A stretch of DNA of 64,000 nucleotides from Candidatus Moranbacteria bacterium GW2011_GWC2_40_12 (GCA_000995965.1 LBYD01000001.1:140923-204922); one strand, 5' to 3'; shown: positions 47,921 to 58,539, counted from the stretch's first letter. Numbers and translations: made by a program. The notes: a model not told the origin generated them from the letters alone.

Positions 47921-48928
47921 TTAGTAATTTATCCAAGCCATTGCCGAAACCATCTGGCTCCGGCCGAGATGAGGGTTCATGTCTTTGAAAATGTTGTTCG
48001 CGTAAGCGACATTTACCCCGCCCCATTTCCAATAGGCTCCAATGCCGGCCGTTGGCCCGCTGTTGGCCCAGCCCCCATAGACGCAAAGGACATCCTTCAC
48101 GACCTGCAGTTCCGCGCCGATGAAATATTTGTCACGCTTCACGTGGCCAATGTTCAGATGCTGATAATCGGCCGCGAGGAGCAGTCGGGGCAGGATTTGG
48201 TAGCTCGCGCCCAGGCGAATCTGGTGCATATCGCTGTTCGACCGCTTTCCGGCCCACGACAGGGAACCGTCATCTTCATTGACGAGAAGCTCGCGATCAT
48301 CGTTCCGCTCCCGGCTGTAGGCATACATTCCCCCGAAATTGAGGCCACTGACCGGCTGATAGAGAAAACCGGTTTTCACCTGAAAACCCCTTGACCGGGA
48401 AATGAAAACATTTTCTCCGGCCGATGAGAAATTCAGTTTGGACATAGACAGCGATCCGCCCGCACCGAGAAAGAGCTTGTCGCCGTCACGGAGCAAATTT
48501 TCAAATGCCCGCAGGCCATACATCAGCTCAATTGTCGGAGTGTAAGCAAATTTCGCGTCCAAGTCCATCGCCGTTCCGGCTGAACCGGAGTTCGCGCCGG
48601 AAAAGTTTATTTGCAGAACTCCTTTTGGTAAAGCGACCGAAGCGCTGCCGATATGGACATTTAAATTCGGACCCCGCTTGAACATAATGAAGCTGTAGGA
48701 ATACGAAGCCCCAAACCGAATTTGGTCGCCAGAGGCAATGTTTGCTGGATTATTGGTGCTGAAATTCGGAAGCGCCACCCAGCAATTTCCCATGCCGGCG
48801 ACATCCGCACCAGGCGGAACATTGGCTGTCATAATCGACAGCGCTATTCCAAATTCCGCAGCGGGACATACATTGGCAACAGCCAAAACTGCCGCCAGAA
48901 TAACAGCCAAAGCAGTTATTTTCTTCAT
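47921..48928 (-). CDS. Signal-peptide protein with predicted beta-barrel, outer-membrane-type architecture (porin/FadL-like layout)
   Basis: Signal peptide MKKITALAVILAAVLAVANVCPAAEF. Alternating hydrophobic/polar strands with G/N/D turns. Aromatic girdle residues. C-terminal AMAWINY ending in an aromatic residue. Elevated GC. Confidence 0.5.
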   Translation of the reverse strand: MKKITALAVILAAVLAVANVCPAAEFGIALSIMTANVPPGADVAGMGNCWVALPNFSTNNPANIASGDQIRFGASYSYSFIMFKRGPNLNVHIGSASVALPKGVLQINFSGANSGSAGTAMDLDAKFAYTPTIELMYGLRAFENLLRDGDKLFLGAGGSLSMSKLNFSSAGENVFISRSRGFQVKTGFLYQPVSGLNFGGMYAYSRERNDDRELLVNEDDGSLSWAGKRSNSDMHQIRLGASYQILPRLLLAADYQHLNIGHVKRDKYFIGAELQVVKDVLCVYGGWANSGPTAGIGAYWKWGGVNVAYANNIFKDMNPHLGRSQMVSAMAWINY

Positions 48929-49211
48929 TTTATCCCCTTTTTCTTGTAAATTTATTTAAGGAACAGGATTGATAATCCCGCCTTATTATCAAAACATTGT
49001 ATTATATATACTAAATATTTATTTGTCAAGAATTAAAAAGGCTTATATAAAGCAAAAAAGAGCTAAAGCTATTTAATTTATCCGCTGTAACAAATATAAT
49101 TATTTAAGCTACTTTCCCAAAAACATGCGCATCAATGAATTTTTTTCTATATTTTTTTTCAGTACACCTTCCAAATAAAAAACTATTCTACTCGAGAACC
49201 TTCATATCAAT

Positions 49212-49259
49212 AAAAAAACGGTGTAGGAGATGGCGATAGCTTGCCATGCTCCTACACCG
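49212..49259 (-). terminator. Strong Rho-independent terminator after the 49289-49789 gene
   Basis: On the minus strand, CGGUGUAGGAG-(19 nt with an inner AUGGC/GCCAU stem)-CUCCUACACCG, a perfect 11-bp stem, followed by UUUUUUU. Confidence 0.7.
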
Positions 49260-49288
49260 TGAAACGCAGGTGGGCCATTGGAGCCCGC

Positions 49289-49789
49289 CTAATTAAATCT
49301 CCAGATTTTTACCAGGCGCCCGTCCCTGTATTCCTCGATACTTTTCCCCCTGACTTTTACCTTGCCATTATGCAATTCGATCCGGCTGCGATCAAGAATG
49401 CATTTGAGGACCCCCTGTTTCACGGTGAATACCTGATAGTTCAGAAATCCCCCGCTGCCGGAAACACCAGAGATAATCAACGCATCGGACGATCCGACGA
49501 TGTTCCTCGCGATGGTGACTTCGATTTCATCATCGTCAAGAGGGATCGAGGCAAACCGGATCTCAGCAGTTCTTCCATCCGGCATTTTTCCGTGGCCATA
49601 TATGTGCACCGCGTATTTAGTGGGACCCAGCTTAAACCGACGCGATTCCCCCCAGCCCACCGTGAAAGTATTGCCGTCGGCCACAAACTCTTTCGTTCCC
49701 CAGTTTTCGGCCGTTGCAGTTTGCGGAAAAGCAACCATAAATCCCATGATGACCAGCATCAAAAACAGATCAATTCCAAATCTTTTCAC
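49289..49789 (-). CDS. Secreted hypothetical protein (signal peptide, 166 aa)
   Basis: MKRFGIDLFLMLVIMGFMVAFPQTATA signal. Elevated GC. Confidence 0.5.
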   Translation of the reverse strand: MKRFGIDLFLMLVIMGFMVAFPQTATAENWGTKEFVADGNTFTVGWGESRRFKLGPTKYAVHIYGHGKMPDGRTAEIRFASIPLDDDEIEVTIARNIVGSSDALIISGVSGSGGFLNYQVFTVKQGVLKCILDRSRIELHNGKVKVRGKSIEEYRDGRLVKIWRFN

Positions 49790-49949
49790 GATAAACCTCC
49801 AGTAATCAATGATATGAACTCCTTTTTTATGCGCTTAAAATAAGCTATTTTTGAACTTTTGTCAAGTTAAACAAACCGCTTCAGCGGCTTTTAAACTCTT
49901 TTTGGAGATTATGTTTCGATTCTATACCGGCCATTAACTTTGGGACGGG

Positions 49950-51215
49950 TCACAGTCCCGGCACAGGGAATTTCGCGCAAAAAGATTCGACTTCTTTTTT
50001 GATTTCTTTCAGTTTGCTTTCGTTTTGATCATTCTTGAGCGCCCCAACGATCCAAATTCCCAGCTTTTTCATATCATCCTCCTTCATCCCCCGCGTGGTC
50101 GCCGCTGGTGTTCCGAGCCTGATTCCGCTGGGACGAAGCGGCGGATTTGGATCGTCGGGAATAATCTGCTTGTTGACTGTGATTGATATTTTATCAAGAG
50201 TCTGCTCCGCCAATTTTCCATCAATGCCGAAACTTTGCATTGTGTTCGCGACCATCATATGGTTGTCCGTTCCATCCGTGACAAGCTTCACGCCGCTCTC
50301 CATCAGGGCCTCGGCCAGAGTTTTTGAGTTGGCGAGCACCTGTTTTCCGTATTCCTTGAATTCCGGCTCGAGCGCTTTTCCAAGCGCCGCGGCTATGGCG
50401 GCAACGGTTTGCATATGAGGCCCGCCTTGAAGCCCGGGAAAAACGGACTTGTCAATCGCGTCCGCGTGCTCTTTTTTGCACATAATCATCCCCGCTCTCG
50501 GGCCACGGAGCGACTTGTGAGTCGTCGTTGAAACCACGTCAAAACCGTAATCAAATGGATTTCTCATTACTCCCGCCGCGATGAGTCCCCCGATATGAGC
50601 CACATCCGCAAACGTCATGGCTCCGACTTCATCCGCCACTTTTTTGAAATCCGCGTAGTCATAATCGCGCGGATAAGAAGTATACCCGCACATCACAATC
50701 TTCGGCCGGCAATCTTTCGCTACTTTCAAGAGTTCTTTGAAATCAATTCTGCCTTTTTCGTCCGGATGGGTTTTGTAGCGGACAAAATTGAAAACTTTTC
50801 CCATATGCGAAACCGGCGCGCCGTGCGTGAGGTGCCCCCCATGCGAAAGCTCCATGGCTAGAACCGTGTCGCCGGGCTCCAGGAACGCAAAATAGACCGC
50901 TTGATTCATGGGCGAGCCGGACAGCGGCTGGACATTGGCGTGTTCGCAGCGAAACAGTTTTTTTGCCCGGTCTCTCGCCAGATTTTCGACGATATCCGTG
51001 TATTCCTGTCCGCCATAATATCTTTTACCGGGATAACCTTCAGCGTATTTGTTGGTCAGAATCGAACCGTTCGCGGCAAAAACTTCAGGATAGGTATAGT
51101 TTTCCGAAGGGATGAGCTCCACTCCTTTTTGCTCTCTTTTTTCTTCACCGATCAAAGCGTCATATACTTTCGGATCATTTTCTTGGAGAATCCGCCAATT
51201 CTTGTTCGCGTCCAT
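49950..51215 (-). CDS. glyA: Serine hydroxymethyltransferase
   Basis: SHGGHLTHG and TTTHKSLRGPRAG PLP-lysine motif. 421 aa. Confidence 0.95.
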   Translation of the reverse strand: MDANKNWRILQENDPKVYDALIGEEKREQKGVELIPSENYTYPEVFAANGSILTNKYAEGYPGKRYYGGQEYTDIVENLARDRAKKLFRCEHANVQPLSGSPMNQAVYFAFLEPGDTVLAMELSHGGHLTHGAPVSHMGKVFNFVRYKTHPDEKGRIDFKELLKVAKDCRPKIVMCGYTSYPRDYDYADFKKVADEVGAMTFADVAHIGGLIAAGVMRNPFDYGFDVVSTTTHKSLRGPRAGMIMCKKEHADAIDKSVFPGLQGGPHMQTVAAIAAALGKALEPEFKEYGKQVLANSKTLAEALMESGVKLVTDGTDNHMMVANTMQSFGIDGKLAEQTLDKISITVNKQIIPDDPNPPLRPSGIRLGTPAATTRGMKEDDMKKLGIWIVGALKNDQNESKLKEIKKEVESFCAKFPVPGL

Positions 51216-51237
51216 ATTGTTTTGAAAAATTAATTTC

Positions 51238-52464
51238 TTATCTCAAATTTTTCACCAAAACATCAGCTGAAAGTATTTTCCCTTTTTTCTCGCTCCTTTT
51301 TTTCACTTCCGCTCCTCCGGCTGCGAGAGATTTTTTGCTCACAACCGCGCGCCACGGAATCCCGATGAGATCCGCATCGGCGAATTTTTCGCCGGCTGAT
51401 ACGTCGCGGTCGTCGAAAAAAACTTCAATATTATTTTTTTGAAGATCGTTATAAATTTTTTCCGCTTCCTTGTCTTTTCCAAGGCTGATCAAATGAACCT
51501 TGAACGGCGCGACGTTTTCCGGCCAGATAATCCCATTTTCGTTGTGGTAGACTTCGACAATGGTTCCCATAATCCGTGAAAGGCCAATGCCGTAACAGCC
51601 CATAACAAGCATTTTTTCTTTTCCGTCAACGTCCCTGACTTTGAGGTCAAACGGTTTCGTGAATTTGTCCATCAATTTGAAAATATTCCCCGCTTCAATC
51701 GCTTTAGCTTCTTTGAATTTTTTCCCTTTGCAGGCAGGGCAGGCTGGAGTTTTGGATTTTATTTCCCTATTGATCGCATTTTGGCATTTTTCGCATATAT
51801 ATATCGTGTCTTCTCCTGCATCGCTCAAAGTTTGGAATTCATGCGAATATTTTGAAAATGTTCCGCCCGACGCAAAAGTCAGATGAGTCTTTTCTTTGAG
51901 ACCGACCCGTTTCAAAATTTTCCAGTAGGCCTCTTTTGCTTTTTCGTAGTATTCATCCAGATCTTTTTCTGTGAGATGAAAAGAATAAAGATCCTTCATC
52001 AAAAATTCCCGCCCGCGCAAAATTCCGGATTTGGCCCTAAGTTCCATCCGAAATTTGGTCTGGAATTGATAGGCGGCAAACGGCAAATTTTTGTAGGAGC
52101 TCACGAATTTTTTCATGAGAGGAGCAATCACCTCTTCATGAGTTGGCCCGAGCGCGAATTCCCGCCCGCTCGCGTCTTTCACCTTATAGAGATCGTCCAT
52201 TGCGCTCCAGCGGCCGGTTTTTTCCCAATTTTCTTTAGGATGAAGGGCCGGCATTTCAAATTCCTGCCCGCCGATGGCGTTCATTTCCTCACGGATAATG
52301 TTTTCAATTTTTTTCATGACGCGGAGCCCCAGCGGCAAAACAGTATACACTCCCGCCATCAATTTATCGATAAAACCGCCGCGCGTCAAAAGTCGGGCAT
52401 TGGCGCTCACCTCATCCTTCGGCGCGCTTTTTTGGGTCTTGGTGAAAAGTTGGGATTGTCTCAT
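51238..52464 (-). CDS. proS: Prolyl-tRNA synthetase (compact, 408 aa, with a Cys4 insertion)
   Basis: Class II motifs (SYKNLPFAAYQFQTKFRME...RGREFLMKDLYSFH). C-terminal anticodon-binding domain. CEKC...CPAC zinc knuckle. Confidence 0.85.
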   Translation of the reverse strand: MRQSQLFTKTQKSAPKDEVSANARLLTRGGFIDKLMAGVYTVLPLGLRVMKKIENIIREEMNAIGGQEFEMPALHPKENWEKTGRWSAMDDLYKVKDASGREFALGPTHEEVIAPLMKKFVSSYKNLPFAAYQFQTKFRMELRAKSGILRGREFLMKDLYSFHLTEKDLDEYYEKAKEAYWKILKRVGLKEKTHLTFASGGTFSKYSHEFQTLSDAGEDTIYICEKCQNAINREIKSKTPACPACKGKKFKEAKAIEAGNIFKLMDKFTKPFDLKVRDVDGKEKMLVMGCYGIGLSRIMGTIVEVYHNENGIIWPENVAPFKVHLISLGKDKEAEKIYNDLQKNNIEVFFDDRDVSAGEKFADADLIGIPWRAVVSKKSLAAGGAEVKKRSEKKGKILSADVLVKNLR

Positions 52465-52562
52465 ATATTCATAGAATAGAAAATTTGCGCATTTGTGTCA
52501 AAGAAATAAGCCCCGCCTTTTCATAGCGAGGCTTTTTTTGTATCATTCAATCCTTCCATACT

Positions 52563-53042
52563 TCACCTGCCTGGGCGAAAATCAATGAAGCATGAATCAC
52601 GCAAGAGAATTTTTCCCGGCTGCGTGAATCCCTGGATATTTCCGCTTACAAATTTGCCCTCCCTGATTTTTTTTGCCACGACTAGATGCGCTACCAGGTC
52701 TTGAACTGAATCGTCATTTCGAGACAAGCTCCACATTCCCTCGATGATTTCAGAGATGATTTTGACAATTTCTCCTTTGGGCTGGTAATCGACGGCAAAT
52801 TCCGTCGTGAAACCTCTGAAGTCGCCCTTGGATCCGAACACTGCCATGACCAGAAACAGTTTTCCGGAAGGAAGCGTGTATGTTTTCGCGATAATTTCCT
52901 CCGTCTTGATGTTGATAAACCGGACAAGTCCGACCTCCTTCGCAAGACGTTCGAATTTTTCGGCATCTGTTTCACTCATTGCTTCAGCAATGCTTGAGAA
53001 GAGAAGCAGCGCCAAACACAAAAAAACAATTCTTTTTTTCAT
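52563..53042 (-). CDS. Secreted hypothetical protein
   Basis: MKKRIVFLCLALLLFSSIAEA signal peptide. Confidence 0.45.
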   Translation of the reverse strand: MKKRIVFLCLALLLFSSIAEAMSETDAEKFERLAKEVGLVRFINIKTEEIIAKTYTLPSGKLFLVMAVFGSKGDFRGFTTEFAVDYQPKGEIVKIISEIIEGMWSLSRNDDSVQDLVAHLVVAKKIREGKFVSGNIQGFTQPGKILLRDSCFIDFRPGR

Positions 53043-53063
53043 CGGCAACACCCTCCTGCGCCA

Positions 53064-53975
53064 TTATTTTTTTGAAATATATTTCTGAACTTCCTCTATC
53101 ACCCAGTCCGGGGTCGATGCTCCGGCGGTGATGGCCAATTTCCCTATATCATTAAACCAGCTTTTTTTCAACTGGTTGGCGTTTTCGATAAGATATGATC
53201 TTGGATTCAAGGATTTCGCGATTTCAAAAAGCCTTCTGGTATTGGCGCTGTCACGTCCGCCAATCACAGTCACCGCGTCGCACGTTTTGGCAAGCTTCCG
53301 AATTTCCTTTTGGCGGTTGTCGGTTGAATCACAGATTGTGTTGAAACAAGCAAAATTATTCACTCTCATTCGCTTCGCATTCGCTCCAGATTCGCGAATT
53401 ATTTTGTTTAATTCGCGAGCCAGATAATCCTTTACTTTCTTAAATTCGGCAACATTTTGAGTTGTTTGGGCAATTAGGCAATATTTTTTCAATTTATTCA
53501 GCATTATTTTTTTTGCCTCTTCAATGTTTTTGACAATCACCGCTTTATCGCGAGACCATTTCTTGATGCCTTTCACTTCTTTATGCTTCTTATCGCCGAA
53601 TATTATCACCTGAAAGCCTTTTTCGGCGAAGTTTTGGGCCAATCTCTGGGCTTTCATGACTTTGGGACAAGTCGTGTCTATTATTCTCAAGCCATTCCGG
53701 TTTGCCTTTTCATAAAGATCCGGTCCGACTCCATGCGCAGTGAAAATTATCGCCCCATCCTTTATGTCTGACAGTCGCTTGATTTCCTTGATCCCTTTTT
53801 TTTTGAGTTCGGAGCAGACATCGTCATTATGAACCAGTTTTCCAAGCATATACAATTTTTCGCAATCAAAAGAATTCATGCTCGCCAAATCATAGGCTCT
53901 TTTCACCCCAAAACAAAAACCGGAATGGCGGCCGACAGTTATTCTCAGCTTATTATTTTTCATAAATAATCTCAC
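53064..53975 (-). CDS. ispH: 4-hydroxy-3-methylbut-2-enyl diphosphate reductase
   Basis: GFCFGVKRA, HNDDV and ASTPDW motifs with three conserved Cys. Confidence 0.9.
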   Translation of the reverse strand: MRLFMKNNKLRITVGRHSGFCFGVKRAYDLASMNSFDCEKLYMLGKLVHNDDVCSELKKKGIKEIKRLSDIKDGAIIFTAHGVGPDLYEKANRNGLRIIDTTCPKVMKAQRLAQNFAEKGFQVIIFGDKKHKEVKGIKKWSRDKAVIVKNIEEAKKIMLNKLKKYCLIAQTTQNVAEFKKVKDYLARELNKIIRESGANAKRMRVNNFACFNTICDSTDNRQKEIRKLAKTCDAVTVIGGRDSANTRRLFEIAKSLNPRSYLIENANQLKKSWFNDIGKLAITAGASTPDWVIEEVQKYISKK

Positions 53976-54007
53976 TGCTATATATAGCAGTAACTCATAT
54001 CAAGCAA

Positions 54008-56428
54008 TTAGGCGATTTTCACCGAAAACTTTTTTGAATTGGCAAATTTCAGTATTTTAATATTTCCCACCGCCTTCAGATCGCTTTCCATTTCTTTTAT
54101 TATTTTTTTTGTAGCGTTGTCGCAGGATATTTCCACTTTTTCAAGTTCCGTTTTCATTGAAAGTCCCCGTTCGGCTTTGTGTTTTCGCATCGCGGCGACG
54201 ATTTCAATCAATATCTTTCCGTTTTTTATTTTCTCTTTATCGAATAATCTTTCATCAACTTCCGGCCAGCCGCAAAGGTGGATTGACTTTGCATCCTTAG
54301 CGCTTTTGAAAAATGTCTGATATATTTCTTCCGTCGCGAATGGGACAAACGGGGCCAGGAGCCGCAAGAGCGCAAACAATACCGAATAGAGCGTGAATTG
54401 GGCAGATTCCCGGCCTTTCTTATTTTTCGGAATTTCTTCATAGAGCCGGTTTTTCACGATTTCGATATAATTGTCGGTGAGCTTCAGCCAGAAAAATTTT
54501 TCAATTGCCATTTTTGCCGAAGAATAATCGTATTTTTCGAAGCTTTTTGTAGCTGTTTCAATCAGAGCCTGAAGTTCCGCCAAAATCCACTTGTCCGTTG
54601 GATATATCTTTTTCGTGTCTAATTTTCTATAATCGTAAGATTTTGGCAAATTCATCATCACAAACCTTGTCGCGTTCCAGAGTTTCGTCAGAAATTTCTT
54701 CCCGGCCTGGATTTCCTCTTCGGAAAAATTGATGTTTTGTCCGAGAGTTCGTCCCGCCGCCCAAAAACGAAGCGCGTCGGCCCCGAATTTTTCAAAGATT
54801 GATTGCGGAGCGATCGTATTTCCGAGGCTTTTGGACATTTTGCGGCCTTGCGAGTCAAGCACATGTCCCGAAATCATCACTTCGCTCCAGGGTATATTTT
54901 CGAAATGATATTGCGACCGGACAACAGTATAAAAAAGCCAGGTGGAAATGATATCATGCGCTTGGGGACGCAGATTCATTGGAATCATTTTTTTGACCTC
55001 CGAATCTTTATAAAATAATTGCAACGCGAGCTCGGGAGAAATAGAACTCGTCGCCCAGGTATCCATCACGTCACGCTCGGGAATAAATTTCGAACCGCCG
55101 CATTTTTTGCATTCTTCTTTGGGTTTCGCGGAAAGCGGATCAATCGGCAAATCTTTTTCATCCGCCAGCAACACGGCGCCGCATTTCGCGCAGTACCAGA
55201 CCGGAAAAGGAATCCCAAAGAAGCGCTGGCGTGAAATACACCAGTCCCAGTTGAGACCTCTTATCCAGTTTTCAAAACGCGTCCGCATAAACTCGGGATG
55301 CCATTTGATTTCTTCGCCCAGTTCGATAATTTTTTTCTTCTGGTCCAAAATCTTGACATACCACTGCTCAGAATTGAGAATTTCCACTTCCGTTTTGCAG
55401 CGCTCGTGGATATTTAGCGAGTGAGTTATTTTTTTCTGCTCAAGCAGAAGCTTTTTTCTCTTGAGATCTTCGATGATTCTTGTCCGGGCGTCTTTCGCGA
55501 GAAGACCCGCGAACTTTTTGGCTTTTTCAGTCATCATCCCGGCTTTGTCGAGCGACACCGCGAGCGGCAGCTTATATTCCTTAAACCATTCAACGTCCGT
55601 TTTATCCCCGAAGGTGCAGCACATCACTGCCCCGCTCCCTTTTTTCATGTCCACTTTTTTGTCGGCCATGATTTCAACGCGGTTTCCGAAAATTGGAACT
55701 TGGGCTTTCTTTCCGACAATATTTTTATACCTTTTGTCATCGGGATGGACAAAAACAGCCACGCAACTGGAAAGAAGTTCGGGACGAGTAGTGGAAATAG
55801 TAAGATTTTTTTTGTTAGGCAATTTGAAAACAATATCATTGAAAAATGTTTCAGCTTCTTTGTCCTCAAGCTCGGCTTGGGCAATGGCAGTCTGGCAGTG
55901 CGGACACCAGACAACGGGAGCCTCTTGGCGGTACACTTTTTGCTTTCTATATAAATCAATGAAAAATTTCTGGCTGATGCGCCGGCAATTGTCGTCGATC
56001 GTCGAATATATTTTTGAAAAATCGCAGGACATCCCGATTTTTTTCCAGTCCTCGATGAAATCGGGAGTGATTTCTTTGAGAGTGATATTGCAAAGATCGA
56101 TAAAATCCTGCCGCTTCATTCTGCTCGCCCGGACTTTTTTGAGTTTTTCGACAAGCCTTTCCGTTGGAAGCCCGTTGTCATCGGTTCCAAAAGGAAAAAG
56201 GACATTTTTTCCGCGCATTTTTTGATATCTCGCAATGAAATCTTCATGGGTATAGGAATAGGCGTGCCCAATGTGCATTTTTCCGCTCACCGTCGGCGGC
56301 GGAGTGTCAATTGAAAAAATTTCCCCATCTTTTTTGGGGTTGAATTTGTAGACGTTATTTTTCTCCCAAAACTTCAGCCACTTCGGCTCCGTTTCGGAAG
56401 GATCGTAATGTTTGGATATTTCTTTCAT
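54008..56428 (-). CDS. valS: Valyl-tRNA synthetase (archaeal-type, 806 aa)
   Basis: PPPTVSGKMHIGHA (HIGH) and KMSKSLGN (KMSKS). Editing domain and C-terminal coiled coil. Confidence 0.85.
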   Translation of the reverse strand: MKEISKHYDPSETEPKWLKFWEKNNVYKFNPKKDGEIFSIDTPPPTVSGKMHIGHAYSYTHEDFIARYQKMRGKNVLFPFGTDDNGLPTERLVEKLKKVRASRMKRQDFIDLCNITLKEITPDFIEDWKKIGMSCDFSKIYSTIDDNCRRISQKFFIDLYRKQKVYRQEAPVVWCPHCQTAIAQAELEDKEAETFFNDIVFKLPNKKNLTISTTRPELLSSCVAVFVHPDDKRYKNIVGKKAQVPIFGNRVEIMADKKVDMKKGSGAVMCCTFGDKTDVEWFKEYKLPLAVSLDKAGMMTEKAKKFAGLLAKDARTRIIEDLKRKKLLLEQKKITHSLNIHERCKTEVEILNSEQWYVKILDQKKKIIELGEEIKWHPEFMRTRFENWIRGLNWDWCISRQRFFGIPFPVWYCAKCGAVLLADEKDLPIDPLSAKPKEECKKCGGSKFIPERDVMDTWATSSISPELALQLFYKDSEVKKMIPMNLRPQAHDIISTWLFYTVVRSQYHFENIPWSEVMISGHVLDSQGRKMSKSLGNTIAPQSIFEKFGADALRFWAAGRTLGQNINFSEEEIQAGKKFLTKLWNATRFVMMNLPKSYDYRKLDTKKIYPTDKWILAELQALIETATKSFEKYDYSSAKMAIEKFFWLKLTDNYIEIVKNRLYEEIPKNKKGRESAQFTLYSVLFALLRLLAPFVPFATEEIYQTFFKSAKDAKSIHLCGWPEVDERLFDKEKIKNGKILIEIVAAMRKHKAERGLSMKTELEKVEISCDNATKKIIKEMESDLKAVGNIKILKFANSKKFSVKIA

Positions 56429-56469
56429 CGAAAAACATCAGTACAGTATACTGTAATACTGCACTAAAA

Positions 56470-58491
56470 CTATTTCCTTACTCGCACTTTCAAATCTTTT
56501 TCAAGAGCGAAGATTATTTTTTTCATCACGGCGTCGATTTCTTCGGAGGTCAATGTTTTTGCGTTGGATCCGATTTTGAGGCGCAGAGCCAGGCTTTTCT
56601 CGCCTTCTTTTTCAAAAATATCAAAAAGTCCGACATCTTTCACGAGATTCCCACCGTTTTTTTGAATATTTGAAACTATATCAGCATATTTTGTGTTTTT
56701 TCCTATAAACATGGATAGATCACGTTCCACAACTGGAAATTTGCTAATTAGATGGTATTGTTTTTCGGGTAATTTCATTTCCAACAGAATAGAAATTTTG
56801 ATACCGAAAACCGCCACTCGTTTTTTAATGCCATAATTCTCAAGAATTCGAGGATTAATCTCACCAACTTTTCCAAATTCCTGATTATCAATCAGCAATT
56901 TGGCTGTTCGGTTTTGGTGCCAGAATTTTATTTCGGAATTCGTCAGAGCCTCAAACTTCACATTTTGATATCCAAGATTAAGGAGCAGCGCCTCAATTTT
57001 TCCTTTCAGCTCAAAGAACGGAGTTTCTTTTGTTAAACTGTCGACTAGCGCTCCCGCCAGATGGTCGTATTCCGCAAAATTCCCTTTGTTGTTCCGGAAT
57101 TTTTTCCCAATTTCGAAAATTTGAACTTTGGGAAAATTCTTCAGATTTAGATTAATATTTTTTAGCAGATTAGTTACCAGATTTCTCCGCAAATACTGTT
57201 GGTCCAAGCTTAACGCATTAGAAACTTCAATGTGATCTTCGATTTTCAGATTGCATTTGGCGATGTCGTCCGCGCCGTAGAAAGAATAATTCATCACTTC
57301 CGAAAATCCAAGGCCAATGAGAATATCGCGCAATTTATTTTCAAAATCTCTTTTCACGTTTTGGGGAGGCGTTTTCACTTCTACCATCGGCGATTGTTCT
57401 TTGATATTTTCATATCCGTAGACGCGGCCGATTTCTTCGACGAGATCTTCCTGCGACTTGAGGTCAATTCGACGGGTCGGGATTTCAACATCCCACTTGG
57501 AAACTAAGTTTCCAAGTGGTTTTATTCCTAAATTAATTAGAATATTTTTTATTTTTGAAATCGGAATATTTTCTCCGAGCAGGCTATTTGCATAATTTAT
57601 ATCCAGTTTTATCCGCCACGGCTTCACTTTTTTTGGATAAGTATCCGCAAAAGCGGTCACCTCAACGCTTTTGCCGCAGAATTCTTTCAGGAGTTCGATT
57701 GCCCGGTTCATTCCCGTTTCGGCCAGATTCGGATCAATCTCGCGCTCAAAGCGGTGAGACGATTCTGTAATGATATTATGTGCTGCCCGCGCCTTACGAA
57801 TGCTGGTCGAATTGAAATTGGCCGATTCGAGGATGATTGACGTAGTTTTGCTGGTTATCGACGAATCAAACCCGCCCATAACTCCGGCCAGCGCCAGCGC
57901 TTTCTCGGAATCGGCAATGACAAGATTATTTTCTTTGAGCTCATATATTTTTTCATCCAGTAATTTTATTTTTTCGCCCTTTTTAGCTTTGCGGACAATA
58001 ATATTGCCGGTGGTTTTCGATTCATCAAACGCATGAAGCGGCTGACCAGTTTCAAGCATGACATAGTTTGTGATATCAACAATGTTGTTGATCGGTTTGA
58101 CGCCACAAGCTAATAATCTATTCTGCATCCATTTTGGCGACGCACCGACCCTAATATTCTCCAAAACCGCACCGCTATATCTGGGGCAAATTTTTGTGTC
58201 TCTGATTTCAACTTTTATTTTACCAACATTTAATCTTGGTGGGACGCTACCAACATTCAATGTTGGTGGGAATTTTCGGCCTTCGCAAGCGCATATTTCC
58301 CTCGCCATTCCGATGTGCGACAGCGCGTCATGTCCGCGGTTGGGCAGAATGGAAAATTCCATTTGCGTTTCTTTCCCTTCAGTCTTCATATCTTCAAACT
58401 CAAACGCGCGCATGGTCAAAAGATCAGCCAATTCCCTAGGCGATTTCTTTGTTCCGGATAATTTTTTGAGCCAGTTATAACTATATTTCAT
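56470..58491 (-). CDS. pheT: Phenylalanyl-tRNA synthetase beta subunit
   Basis: MKYSYNWLKK N-terminus with B3/B4 and B5 domains. Adjacent to pheS. Confidence 0.9.
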   Translation of the reverse strand: MKYSYNWLKKLSGTKKSPRELADLLTMRAFEFEDMKTEGKETQMEFSILPNRGHDALSHIGMAREICACEGRKFPPTLNVGSVPPRLNVGKIKVEIRDTKICPRYSGAVLENIRVGASPKWMQNRLLACGVKPINNIVDITNYVMLETGQPLHAFDESKTTGNIIVRKAKKGEKIKLLDEKIYELKENNLVIADSEKALALAGVMGGFDSSITSKTTSIILESANFNSTSIRKARAAHNIITESSHRFEREIDPNLAETGMNRAIELLKEFCGKSVEVTAFADTYPKKVKPWRIKLDINYANSLLGENIPISKIKNILINLGIKPLGNLVSKWDVEIPTRRIDLKSQEDLVEEIGRVYGYENIKEQSPMVEVKTPPQNVKRDFENKLRDILIGLGFSEVMNYSFYGADDIAKCNLKIEDHIEVSNALSLDQQYLRRNLVTNLLKNINLNLKNFPKVQIFEIGKKFRNNKGNFAEYDHLAGALVDSLTKETPFFELKGKIEALLLNLGYQNVKFEALTNSEIKFWHQNRTAKLLIDNQEFGKVGEINPRILENYGIKKRVAVFGIKISILLEMKLPEKQYHLISKFPVVERDLSMFIGKNTKYADIVSNIQKNGGNLVKDVGLFDIFEKEGEKSLALRLKIGSNAKTLTSEEIDAVMKKIIFALEKDLKVRVRK

Positions 58492-58539
58492 AATATCAAA
58501 AGTCTGATTTTTTTATTTTTTAAGGTCGAACCTTAAAAA

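Noticed and set aside
47906-48394. 162-aa plus-strand ORF, and 49241-49843 (200 aa)
   Set aside because: Lie antisense to the signal-peptide genes of the GC-elevated island. Long antisense frames are expected in GC-richer DNA, and neither has a start context or motifs.
55461-56225. 254-aa plus-strand ORF (and neighbouring 55421-55954)
   Set aside because: Antisense to valS. Low-complexity, no recognisable domains.
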